In this document: positions 33,400-41,780 of the stretch, piece by piece
How the letters are laid out: each line of letters starts with the position of its first letter
How positions within the stretch are numbered: position 1 is the first letter of the stretch
DNA from: Burkholderiales bacterium
Lineage (GTDB): Bacteria > Pseudomonadota > Gammaproteobacteria > Burkholderiales > SG8-39
NCBI GenBank assembly: GCA_025458245.1
Contig: JALOSW010000001.1
Location: forward strand, 1-54,261
Direction of reading: 5' to 3'
Length of the DNA stretch: 54,261 nt
Made by a program: the position numbers and the translations under genes
The notes under the pieces: generated by a model
The model's database searches: none
The model's input: only the letters and a program-made list of their open reading frames with translations
What the model was told of the DNA's origin: nothing

Positions 33400-34104
33400 T
33401 CAGAGGCCGAGATATGCCTGGCGGACGCGGTCGTCGGCGAGCAGCTCGGCGCCGCTGCCTTCCATCACCACGCGGCCGTTCTCGAGCACGTAGGCGCGGC
33501 TCGCGAGCTTGAGCGACACCGCCACGTTCTGCTCGACGAGCACCACCGTGATGCCGCGCCGGTTGAGCGCGACGATGGTGCGGAACACCTCCTGCACGAC
33601 GGCCGGCGCGAGGCCGAGCGAGGGCTCGTCGAACATGACGAGCTCGGGCTGCCCCATCAGGCAGCGCCCGATCGCGAGCATCTGCTGCTCGCCGCCCGAC
33701 AGCGTGCCAGCCGCCTGCTTCTCGCGCTCCTTCAGTCGCGGGAAGAGCGCGAACACCTCGTCGACCGTCGCGCGCGCCTTCGCCCGTGCGCGCGGCACGA
33801 GCCCGCCGACTTCAAGGTTCTCGCGCACCGAAAGGGTCGGGAACACCTGCCGCCCTTCGGCCACCTGCCCGACGCCGAGATCGACCACGGCATGGCTGGG
33901 CAGCCCTGCGATGTCCTTGCCGCGAAAGCGGATCGTCCCCGACCGCGGCGTCTCGATGCCCGCGATGGTGCGGATGAGGCTCGTCTTGCCCGCGCCGTTC
34001 GAGCCGACGATCGCGACGATCGCGCCCTCGTCGACCGAGAGCGAGACCCGGTCGAGCGCCTGCGCGTCGCCGTAGAAGAGATCGAGGTCGCGGACTTCGA
34101 GCAT
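33400..34104 (-). CDS. livF: Branched-chain amino acid-type ABC transporter ATP-binding protein LivF
   Basis: 234 aa from MLEVRDLDLFYG. GSNGAGKTS, LSGGEQQML. The track start at 34134 would run into the repeat element. Confidence 0.88.
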   Translation of the reverse strand: MLEVRDLDLFYGDAQALDRVSLSVDEGAIVAIVGSNGAGKTSLIRTIAGIETPRSGTIRFRGKDIAGLPSHAVVDLGVGQVAEGRQVFPTLSVRENLEVGGLVPRARAKARATVDEVFALFPRLKEREKQAAGTLSGGEQQMLAIGRCLMGQPELVMFDEPSLGLAPAVVQEVFRTIVALNRRGITVVLVEQNVAVSLKLASRAYVLENGRVVMEGSGAELLADDRVRQAYLGL

Positions 34105-34119
34105 GTCGGCTAGAGCCTC

Positions 34120-34272
34120 ACCGCAAAGGCGCAAAGGGCGCCAAGGGACGCGACAGAAGCGGTGCGCTGGTCGCAGCGCGTCCGAAGGCCTTGCCGGCTA
34201 TGCGGGCGCGTTCCCCGGCACGGCGCGCACTCGGCCCTTTGCGAATCTTTGCGCCCTTTGCGCCTTTGCGGT
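34120..34272. repeat. Inverted-repeat intergenic element, copy B, inserted between livG and livF
   Basis: Perfect 21-bp arms: CCGCAAAGGCGCAAAGGGCGC (34121-34141) and GCGCCCTTTGCGCCTTTGCGG (34251-34271). The arms extend imperfectly. Same family and same orientation as copy A. Confidence 0.75.
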
Positions 34273-34283
34273 TCTGCATCGCC

Positions 34284-35009
34284 TTACAGATCCGCCTCCG
34301 CCCCGAGGTAGCACTCCAGCACCTGCGGGTCGTTGACCACCTGCTCCGGCGTGCCTTCGCAGATTTTCTCGCCGTGATGGAGCACGACGATCTGCGCGGC
34401 GAGCGCCATCACCGCACGCATCACGTGCTCGATGAGAAGGATCGTGAGGCCGGTCTCGGCGTTGATGCGTCGGAACACGCCCACCATCTCGTCCACCTCG
34501 GTCGGGCGCAGGCCCGCCATCACCTCGTCGAGCAGCAGCACGCGGGGCCGCGTCGCCATCGCGCGCGCGACCTCGAGCCGCTTGCGCTCCGGCAATGTGA
34601 GGCTCGACGCGGGCTCGGCGGACTTGCCGTCGAGGTGGAGGAGCTCGAGCACGCGCGCCGCCTCGCGCCGCGCTTCGGCCACGCCGGAGGTCGCGTTGAG
34701 CGCGCCGACGATGACGTTCTCCTCGACGGTGAGCTGCGGAAACGGCTTCACCACCTGGAAGGTGCGCGCGACGCCGGCGCGGCACACCTGGTCGGGGCGC
34801 AGGCCGCCGATGCGTTCGCCACCGAGCGAGATCTCGCCGGAGTCGGCCGGAAACACGCCCGCGATCAGGTTGAAGCAGGTCGTCTTGCCGGCGCCGTTCG
34901 GGCCGATCATGGCGACGATCGCGCCCTGTTCGACGTCGAAGCTCACCGCGTGCACGGCGCGCAGGCCGCGAAAGAACTTGGTGAGGTTGCGGACTTCGAG
35001 GAGCGCCAT
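34284..35009 (-). CDS. livG: ABC transporter ATP-binding protein LivG
   Basis: 241 aa, GPNGAGKTTCFN. Confidence 0.9.
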   Translation of the reverse strand: MALLEVRNLTKFFRGLRAVHAVSFDVEQGAIVAMIGPNGAGKTTCFNLIAGVFPADSGEISLGGERIGGLRPDQVCRAGVARTFQVVKPFPQLTVEENVIVGALNATSGVAEARREAARVLELLHLDGKSAEPASSLTLPERKRLEVARAMATRPRVLLLDEVMAGLRPTEVDEMVGVFRRINAETGLTILLIEHVMRAVMALAAQIVVLHHGEKICEGTPEQVVNDPQVLECYLGAEADL

Positions 35010-35011
35010 GG

Positions 35012-36013
35012 CTACCGGCCCGATTTCGCCGGCCCGAACCCGAGCCGGCGCGCGACCGCGGGCCAGATCCCGTTCGGCACGAACAGGATCACGACGAGCA
35101 GCGCGATACCGTAGAAGACCTGCTTCAGGCCCGGAATCTCGATGCCGAGCGCGCTCGTGAGCTCGGTGAGCCCGTCACCGAGCAGAGTGAGGACGAATGC
35201 GCCGAGCACCGGCCCGAACAGCGTGCCGAGCCCGCCGATGATCGGCCCGAGGATGATTTCGATCGAGCGGCCCATCGAGAAGATCTGCTCGGGGAAGAGG
35301 TTGTTGTAGTAGAAGGCGAAGAACACGCCGGCGAGCGACGTCATCGCCGAGGAAATCAGGATCGCGAACATCTTGTAGCGGAACGTGTTGATGCCGAGCG
35401 CCTGCGCGGCGTCCTCGTTCTCGCGGATCGCGAGCCAGTAATAGCCGATCCGGCTCGTCCGCAGTCGCCAGGCGAGCACGAACGCCGCGACCGCCATCAC
35501 GAGCGCGATGTAGTAGAACATGACCGGCGGCCCGCGGAGGCTCGCCAGGTCCAGGACGCCGTGCTCCTTCACCGGGAGGAAGAAGCCGCCGGAACCGCCG
35601 ACCCAGTCGAAGTGGTCGAAACCGATGCGCGTGAACTCGGCGAACGCGATGGTGAGCAGCGCGAAATACACGCCGCCGATGCCGAAGCGGAACGCGAGGA
35701 ACCCGATCACCGCGCCCGCGGCGAGCGACACCGCGAGCGCGGCCCAGAGGCCGATCCACGGCGAGACACCGAAGTGCACGAAGAGCGCCGCCGCCGCGTA
35801 GGCGCCGAGCCCGACGTACAGAGAATGCCCGAGCGAGAGCTGCCCGGTGAAACCCATCATCAGATTCCACGCCTGCCCGACATAGGCGAAATAGAGAATC
35901 AGCACCATCGCCGAGAGCAGATACGCGTTCGCGACGGCGGGCAGCACCACGAGCACGGCGAGCAGGATCAGCAAGGCGATCGCTGCGCGCTTGGTCTGCG
36001 CCGGCGCGTGCAT
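35012..36013 (-). CDS. livM: ABC transporter permease LivM
   Basis: 333 aa polytopic membrane protein in the LivM position. Confidence 0.85.
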   Translation of the reverse strand: MHAPAQTKRAAIALLILLAVLVVLPAVANAYLLSAMVLILYFAYVGQAWNLMMGFTGQLSLGHSLYVGLGAYAAAALFVHFGVSPWIGLWAALAVSLAAGAVIGFLAFRFGIGGVYFALLTIAFAEFTRIGFDHFDWVGGSGGFFLPVKEHGVLDLASLRGPPVMFYYIALVMAVAAFVLAWRLRTSRIGYYWLAIRENEDAAQALGINTFRYKMFAILISSAMTSLAGVFFAFYYNNLFPEQIFSMGRSIEIILGPIIGGLGTLFGPVLGAFVLTLLGDGLTELTSALGIEIPGLKQVFYGIALLVVILFVPNGIWPAVARRLGFGPAKSGR

Positions 36014-36016
36014 GGG

Positions 36017-36967
36017 CTACGCCGCCTTCTTGCCGAGCAGCCCCTGCGGGCGCAGAAGGAGCACCAGGATGAGCAGTGCGAAGCTGAACATGCTTTTCGC
36101 GGAGGGCGTGAACGCGACGCCCGCGAGCGCTTCGGAAACGCCGATGAGCACGCCGCCCGCGAGCGCCCCCGCCATCGAGCCGAGCCCGCCGACGATCACG
36201 ATCACGAACGCGAGCAGCGTATAGGCCGGACCGAGCGCAGGCGTCACGTCGACGAGCATCACCTGCAGCACGCCCGCCGCGCCGACGAGCGCCGATCCGA
36301 TCCCGAACGTGAGCGCGTAGTAGCGCTTGACGTCGAGACCCACCACTTTCGCGCCGAGCAGGTTGTCGGCGCAGGCGCGGATCGCGCGCCCGGTCGACGT
36401 GATCCGGAAGAATGCGAACAGCGCCACGGCGAGGAGGACGGCGACCGCCGCGGCGTACACCCGCACCTTGTCCACCACCAGCGGCCCGATCTCGAAGGAC
36501 TCGAGCGCATAGTCCACCTGCAGGCTGCGCGCGTCGGGGCCGAAGCCCATGAGCAGAACGTTCACCATGATGATCGCGACCGCGACGAGCAGCATGAACT
36601 GCGAGTGCTCGGGCCGCTCGATGAACGGATTGATCAGGCCGGCCTGGAGCGCGTAGCCGAACGCGAAGAAGATCACCGCCACGGGAAAGAGCGCGAGGAA
36701 AGGATCGAGCTTCAGGGCCGCGAAAAGCAGCGTCGCCGCGTACATCGCGATGGTCATCATCTCGCCGTGCGCGAAGTTGACCACGCGGACGACGCCGAAT
36801 ATCACCGAGAGCCCGAGCGCCATGAGACCGTAGACGAGCCCGGTGAGGAGGCCCGTCACGAGCACGTTTCCGAGCAGCGCTCCGGGCAGCGCCGCGAGCC
36901 GCCACGAATACAGCGCGACCAGTCCAGCGACGATCGCGCCGATGGTGACGGCAGATTTCGGTTTCAT
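36017..36967 (-). CDS. livH: ABC transporter permease LivH
   Basis: 316 aa polytopic membrane protein, GLVYGLMALGLSVIFG. Confidence 0.85.
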   Translation of the reverse strand: MKPKSAVTIGAIVAGLVALYSWRLAALPGALLGNVLVTGLLTGLVYGLMALGLSVIFGVVRVVNFAHGEMMTIAMYAATLLFAALKLDPFLALFPVAVIFFAFGYALQAGLINPFIERPEHSQFMLLVAVAIIMVNVLLMGFGPDARSLQVDYALESFEIGPLVVDKVRVYAAAVAVLLAVALFAFFRITSTGRAIRACADNLLGAKVVGLDVKRYYALTFGIGSALVGAAGVLQVMLVDVTPALGPAYTLLAFVIVIVGGLGSMAGALAGGVLIGVSEALAGVAFTPSAKSMFSFALLILVLLLRPQGLLGKKAA

Positions 36968-37125
36968 CGAATGGCGCAGGGTGCGCTGCGCCCGCCGCCG
37001 GCGTGGAAGCGAATGCCCCGGGCGCGCGGCGCAACGAGGCGCGCTGCGAGGCGCCGCAGGCCTTCAGGTGCCATGCTCGCCCCGCGACGCCTCGCCGCGG
37101 GGCGCGGCGGCGCGCAGCCGCACGG

Positions 37126-38388
37126 TCACGCCTTCTTGTACTCGGGTTGCGGGAAGACCGGCTTCGCCTGGGCGCTCTCGCCCGGCAGCACGACCTTGGG
37201 CTGCTGGTCGAGGTTCTGGATCGCCGCCGAGGCGATGCCTTCGACCTGCCCCTTCGCGTTGAACTTGATCGGGCCGCCGATCATCATGCGCGTCCTGATG
37301 TCGGTGGCGCGAATCGCGTCGGCGAGCGCTTTCCCGGCAGTCGAGCCGGCACGCTTGTACGCGTCGGCGGCGATCATCATCGCCTCGAACGAGAACCCGA
37401 CGTTGAGGGCGTGGAACATCATCTTGTCCTGCGGGTACGCCTTCGCGAACGCAGCCTCGACCTTCGCCGTCACCGGCGACTTCGGGTTGTACCAGGGCAC
37501 GTTGGAAATCGCGTAGTCGGAGAGCTTGCCGAGCGCCTTGAAGTACTGGGACTCGTACATGCCGGGGTTGCCCGGGCCGATGATGCCCATCGGGTTCCAG
37601 CGCTGCTTCACCATTTCGCGGCGCAGCAGGATGGCGTCGTTCAGACGGCAGACCAGCATCAGGAAATCGGCGTTCGTGGCCTTCGCCTTGGCGACCTCGA
37701 CCGACAGATCCTTCGCGGCCGGGTCGTAGGAGATCGTTTCCACCACCTTGAACGGCAGATAGTTGAGCGTCGGCAGGATGGCGTCGATCGCCTTTCGGTT
37801 CGCCTGGCCGAAGGTGTCGTTCACATGCATGAACACGGCCGTGCGCGGCGCCGTGTTCGTCGCCTGGAAGAGATCGCGCATCAGGCCGAGGCCGTTCCGC
37901 ACCAGATCGACGCTGGTCGGGAAGTTGCGGAACGTGAACTTGTAGCCCTGCTCGGTGATCTGCGGCGCGGCCGCGATGTTGATGATGAACGGCACGCCCT
38001 TCTGCTCCGCGACCTGCGCGATCGCGCCCGCCGCGCCCGAGTCGAACGGCCCGACCAGGACGTTCGCGCCCTCGGCGATCAGCTTCTCGGCGCGGGAACG
38101 CGCCACGTCCACGTTCGTCTCGGTGTCGGCGAACATCACTTTCATCGGCGCCGCATAGCCGAGCTCCGAGAGCACCGCCGGCGCGATGTCGATGCCGAGC
38201 TTGCACGACTGGCCGATCAGCGCCTGCACGCCCGACACCGGCAGCAGCACGCCGACGTTCAGCGGACCGGACTGCGCCCGGACGATCGCCGGGAACGGCA
38301 GCGCGGCGAGCGCGGTCGCACCCGCAGCAGCCTTGATCAGACGCCGGCGCGAGGGCGCGGCAACGCGGTGGGAATCGGCCATGGTCAT
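37126..38388 (-). CDS. Periplasmic substrate-binding protein (LivJ/K-type) with Tat-like signal peptide
   Basis: 420 aa from MTMADSH. RBS GAGGAGG. Twin-arginine motif SRRRLIKAAAGATALAA. The specific ligand is not inferable. Confidence 0.8.
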   Translation of the reverse strand: MTMADSHRVAAPSRRRLIKAAAGATALAALPFPAIVRAQSGPLNVGVLLPVSGVQALIGQSCKLGIDIAPAVLSELGYAAPMKVMFADTETNVDVARSRAEKLIAEGANVLVGPFDSGAAGAIAQVAEQKGVPFIINIAAAPQITEQGYKFTFRNFPTSVDLVRNGLGLMRDLFQATNTAPRTAVFMHVNDTFGQANRKAIDAILPTLNYLPFKVVETISYDPAAKDLSVEVAKAKATNADFLMLVCRLNDAILLRREMVKQRWNPMGIIGPGNPGMYESQYFKALGKLSDYAISNVPWYNPKSPVTAKVEAAFAKAYPQDKMMFHALNVGFSFEAMMIAADAYKRAGSTAGKALADAIRATDIRTRMMIGGPIKFNAKGQVEGIASAAIQNLDQQPKVVLPGESAQAKPVFPQPEYKKA

Positions 38389-38524
38389 CCTCCTCGGGAA
38401 CGGTTCTCGGTCGAGCGCGCCCGGTCCGGCACGCCTTGTTCTGCGCGGGATTCTCCCATCGCCCCCGCGGCCGCGCAATCGCCGCAGCGACGCGCTGGAA
38501 GGCGCGCTTGCCTATACTCGCCCC

Positions 38525-39124
38525 GTGGACACCCTCGAGCACATCGCACTCGCCGCCGGTCTGGCCTGGGGCAGCGGCATCCGGGTCTACGCCGTGATCT
38601 TCATTGCGGGCGGGCTCGCCTACCTGGGCGTCCTGCAGCTCCCGGACACGCTCGCGGTGCTCTCCCACCCCTGGGTGCTGCTCGCGTCGGGCTTCATGTT
38701 CTTCGTCGAGTTCCTCGCCGACAAGATTCCCGGCGTGGACAGCATGTGGGATGCGCTGCACACCTTCATCCGCATCCCGGCCGGCGCGTTCCTCGCCGCG
38801 GCGGCACTCGGTCAGGTGGATCCGGTGTGGGTCGCCGTCGCCGCGATCCTCGGCGGCGCGATCGCGTCGGGGAGCCACGCCGCGAAAGCCGGAGGCCGGG
38901 CGGTGATCAACACTTCGCCCGAGCCGGTGTCGAACTGGGTGGCGTCGTTCACCGAGGATCTCATCGTCCCCGCGGGCCTGCTCGCCGCGGTGAAGGCGCC
39001 GATCGCCTTTCTCGGGGCGCTGGCCGTCTTCCTCGGGCTCGTGATCTGGCTCGCGCCGAAGCTCTGGCGCGCGCTGAAGCGCATCGCAGGCCGGCTGACC
39101 GGCGAGGCCCGCGCCTCGAATTGA
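38525..39124 (+). CDS. Membrane protein (DUF4126-like)
   Basis: About 199 aa from a GTG at 38525, with four or five hydrophobic helices and FVEFLADKIPGVDSMWD. A TATACT -10-like hexamer lies upstream. The family assignment is from memory. Confidence 0.55.
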   Translation: MDTLEHIALAAGLAWGSGIRVYAVIFIAGGLAYLGVLQLPDTLAVLSHPWVLLASGFMFFVEFLADKIPGVDSMWDALHTFIRIPAGAFLAAAALGQVDPVWVAVAAILGGAIASGSHAAKAGGRAVINTSPEPVSNWVASFTEDLIVPAGLLAAVKAPIAFLGALAVFLGLVIWLAPKLWRALKRIAGRLTGEARASN

Positions 39125-39204
39125 GAGAGACGGAACGCCGCGCGCTGGCGCCGCGAGCGTTGACCGGGACGCAGCCGGGCGGACCTCGCCCGGCGCACGA
39201 CCGT

Positions 39205-39486
39205 TCAGTGGTCTTCGATCCTCGGCACGCCCTCTTCCGCGGGCACGCCGGTGTCGGGGTCGATCCACTCGGAGATGCCGATCTCGGCCTCGGCCTCCTC
39301 GAGCGACTCGCCCGGCTCGTAATCGGACTCGGGCGAGTACTCCATGTCGGCGACGGCGTCGGCGAGCGTCTTGAACGGACCCGCCTCCTCGCCGGTGATC
39401 TTGGACTTCCAATAGAACCCGTCGGGACGCTCGAGGACGATCGCGTCTTCGAATTCGGGAAGCGGCTCGGGCTTGGCTTTCTTCAT
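39205..39486 (-). CDS. Small acidic hypothetical protein
   Basis: 93 aa from MKKAKPEP, with AGGAG 7 nt upstream. Very Glu/Asp/Pro-rich. Lies 82 nt downstream of groEL. Confidence 0.55.
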   Translation of the reverse strand: MKKAKPEPLPEFEDAIVLERPDGFYWKSKITGEEAGPFKTLADAVADMEYSPESDYEPGESLEEAEAEIGISEWIDPDTGVPAEEGVPRIEDH

Positions 39487-39568
39487 GATCCGACTCCTGA
39501 CGCGGCGCCTCACATCTCGCGCGCGCCGCGCTGAATGAAGCATACTCCTTTCGTCGCGGCGCGGCGCG

Positions 39569-41188
39569 TCACATTCCCATGTCGCCCATCGACGGCGCGG
39601 GCTCCGGCTGCGACGGGATCTGCGCGATCATGCAGTCGGTCGTGAGGATGAGCCCCGCGATCGACGCGGCGTTCTGCAGCGCGGCGCGCGTCACCTTGCA
39701 CGGATCGAGGACGCCCATCGCGACGAGGTCGCCGTAGTCGCCGGTCGCGGCGTTGAAGCCGAACGCGCCCTCGCCCGCGACGACGCGCGCGACCACCACC
39801 GAGGGCTCCTCGCCGGCGTTCGCGACAATCTGCCGCAGCGGCTCCTCGAGCGCGCGCAGCACGATCCTCACGCCCGCATCCTGATCCGGGTTCGCACCGC
39901 CGAGCGCGCCGATCGCCGCGCGGGCACGGAGCAGCGCGACGCCGCCGCCCGGCAGCACGCCCTCCTCGACTGCAGCGTGCGTGGCGTGCAGGGCGTCTTC
40001 GACGCGTGCCTTGCGCTCTTTCATCTCGGTTTCGGTCGCGGCGCCCACCTTCACGACTGCCACGCCCCCCGCGAGCTTCGCAGCGCGCTCCTGCAGCTTC
40101 TCGCGGTCGTAATCGCTCGTCGCGTCCTTCGCCTGCTGCTTGATCTGCGCGATCCGCGCCTCGATGGCTTTCGGGTCGCCCGCGCCGCCGATGATCGTGG
40201 TGTTCTCCTTGTCGATCTCGACGCGCTTCGCGCGCCCGAGCATCTCGGGCGTCGCCTTCTCGAGCGTCACGCCGATCTCGTCGCTCACGACGCGCCCGCC
40301 GGCGAGAATCGCCATGTCGTCCAGCATCGCCTTGCGGCGGTCGCCGAAACCCGGCGCCTTCACCGCGCACACCTTGATGACGCCGCGCAGCGTGTTCACG
40401 ACCAGCGTCGCGAGCGCCTCGCCCTCGACGTCCTCGGCGACGACCAGCAGCGGTTTTCCCGACTTGGCCACGGCTTCGAGAATCGGAATGAGGTCGCGCA
40501 CGCCGGCGATCTTCTTGTCGTGCAGGAGGATGAGGACGTCCTCGAGCACGCAGATCTGCTTCTCGGCGCTGTTGACGAAGTACGGCGAAAGATAGCCGCG
40601 GTCGAACTGCATGCCCTCGACGACTTCGAGCTCGCTCACGAGCCCGGAGCCGTCCTCGACCGTGATCACGCCTTCCTTGCCGACCTTCTCCATGGCGTTG
40701 GCGACGATTTCGCCGATCGCGGCGTCGTTGTTGGCGGAGATCGCCGCGACCTGCGCGATCTCGGTGCGCGACGCGCAGGGCTTCGCGAGCTTCGCCAGCT
40801 CGGCGACGATCGCCCCCACGGCGCGGTCGACGCCCCGCTTCAGGTCCATCGGGTTCATGCCCGCCGCGACGTACTTCATGCCCTCGACGACGATGCCATG
40901 CGCGAGCACGGTCGCCGTGCTGGTGCCGTCGCCCGCGACGTCGGAGGTCTTGGAGGCGACCTCCTTCACCATCTGCGCGCCCATGTTCTCGAACGGATCG
41001 GGAAGCTCGATCTCCTTCGCGACGACCACGCCCGAGTTGATGATGGTGGGGGCGCCGAACGACCGCTCCAGCACCACCGTGCGCGCCTTCGGCCCCAGCG
41101 TCACGCGCACCGCCGAGGCGAGCGTGTTGATGCCGGCGAGGATCTTGGCGTGGACGTCCGCGCCGAAGATGACTTGCTTCGCGGGCAT
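39569..41188 (-). CDS. groEL: Chaperonin GroEL (Cpn60) with no adjacent groES
   Basis: 539 aa, [29 protein letters not shown]-terminal MGDMGM. RBS GGGGAGG. Confidence 0.95.
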   Translation of the reverse strand: MPAKQVIFGADVHAKILAGINTLASAVRVTLGPKARTVVLERSFGAPTIINSGVVVAKEIELPDPFENMGAQMVKEVASKTSDVAGDGTSTATVLAHGIVVEGMKYVAAGMNPMDLKRGVDRAVGAIVAELAKLAKPCASRTEIAQVAAISANNDAAIGEIVANAMEKVGKEGVITVEDGSGLVSELEVVEGMQFDRGYLSPYFVNSAEKQICVLEDVLILLHDKKIAGVRDLIPILEAVAKSGKPLLVVAEDVEGEALATLVVNTLRGVIKVCAVKAPGFGDRRKAMLDDMAILAGGRVVSDEIGVTLEKATPEMLGRAKRVEIDKENTTIIGGAGDPKAIEARIAQIKQQAKDATSDYDREKLQERAAKLAGGVAVVKVGAATETEMKERKARVEDALHATHAAVEEGVLPGGGVALLRARAAIGALGGANPDQDAGVRIVLRALEEPLRQIVANAGEEPSVVVARVVAGEGAFGFNAATGDYGDLVAMGVLDPCKVTRAALQNAASIAGLILTTDCMIAQIPSQPEPAPSMGDMGM

Positions 41189-41220
41189 GGCGGCCTCCCC
41201 TGGAAGACTAGGCGAGATTC

Positions 41221-41261
41221 ACGATAGTCCTGCGATGCGCCGCGGGCTTGATCCATGTCAA
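41221..41261 (-). promoter_or_regulatory. Putative FNR/FixK-dependent promoter of groEL
   Basis: The box at 41248-41261 reads TTGACATGGATCAA on the minus strand (9 of 10 to the FNR consensus). After a 21-nt gap comes TATCGT (41226-41221), about 33 nt before the ATG. Confidence 0.5.
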
Positions 41262-41269
41262 CCGTGAAA

Positions 41270-41331
41270 ACCCGTCGGGCGCGACGGGTACCGCACGCGC
41301 AAACGAAAACGGCCGGGCATGGCCCGGCCGT
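41270..41331 (-). terminator. Two tandem hairpin plus U-tract terminators after hpf
   Basis: Minus strand: ACGGCCGGGC-CAT-GCCCGGCCGT followed by TTTTCGTTT, then ACCCGTCG-CGCC-CGACGGGT followed by TTTTCACGG. Confidence 0.65.
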
Positions 41332-41350
41332 CGCCCGCTCGGCGAACGCT

Positions 41351-41728
41351 TCAGGCTTCGGCCTCGGCCTCGCCCGCGCCGCCGTTCGCGCGCGCGCCGC
41401 GCGCATGGGTCTTCACGTCGCCGCGCCGTTTCGCCGCGTAGTCCTCGAGCTGCCGCTTCGCCGCGTCGAACGCGTCGCGCAGGGCCACGTAGATGTCCTC
41501 GTGGTGGTCGTTGTTCACCACGATCTCCCTGCCCGGGACCGTGATGTCGAGCCGCACCGAAAAGTGTTTGCCCTGGTGCTTGTGCTTGTGCGGGGCTTCC
41601 GCCACCACCCGACAGCCCATGAGCGGCGCGTACACGCGCTCAAGCTTCTGCACCTTCTCGCGGATGCGCTGGTCGAGCGCGGGCGAGTGGTCCATGTCGC
41701 GGACGGTGATCTGAAGTTCGGTCTGCAT
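41351..41728 (-). CDS. hpf: Ribosome hibernation factor, HPF/RaiA (S30AE) family
   Basis: 125 aa, LQITVRDMDHSPALDQRIREKVQKLERVY...HEDIYVALRDAFDAAKRQLEDY. RBS AGGAG. Not next to rpoN, so probably a paralogue. Confidence 0.75.
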   Translation of the reverse strand: MQTELQITVRDMDHSPALDQRIREKVQKLERVYAPLMGCRVVAEAPHKHKHQGKHFSVRLDITVPGREIVVNNDHHEDIYVALRDAFDAAKRQLEDYAAKRRGDVKTHARGARANGGAGEAEAEA

Positions 41729-41780
41729 CGTTGCTCCTTGGTAATACGGGTTCGCCTCGCCCGCCGCGCGCGCGGCGCGC

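Noticed and set aside
37079-37103. A GC hairpin (GCCCCGCG...CGCGGGGC) in the 158-nt gap between the binding-protein gene and livH.
   Set aside because: No U-tract follows it. It may attenuate or stabilise the binding-protein transcript, but I cannot support a terminator call.
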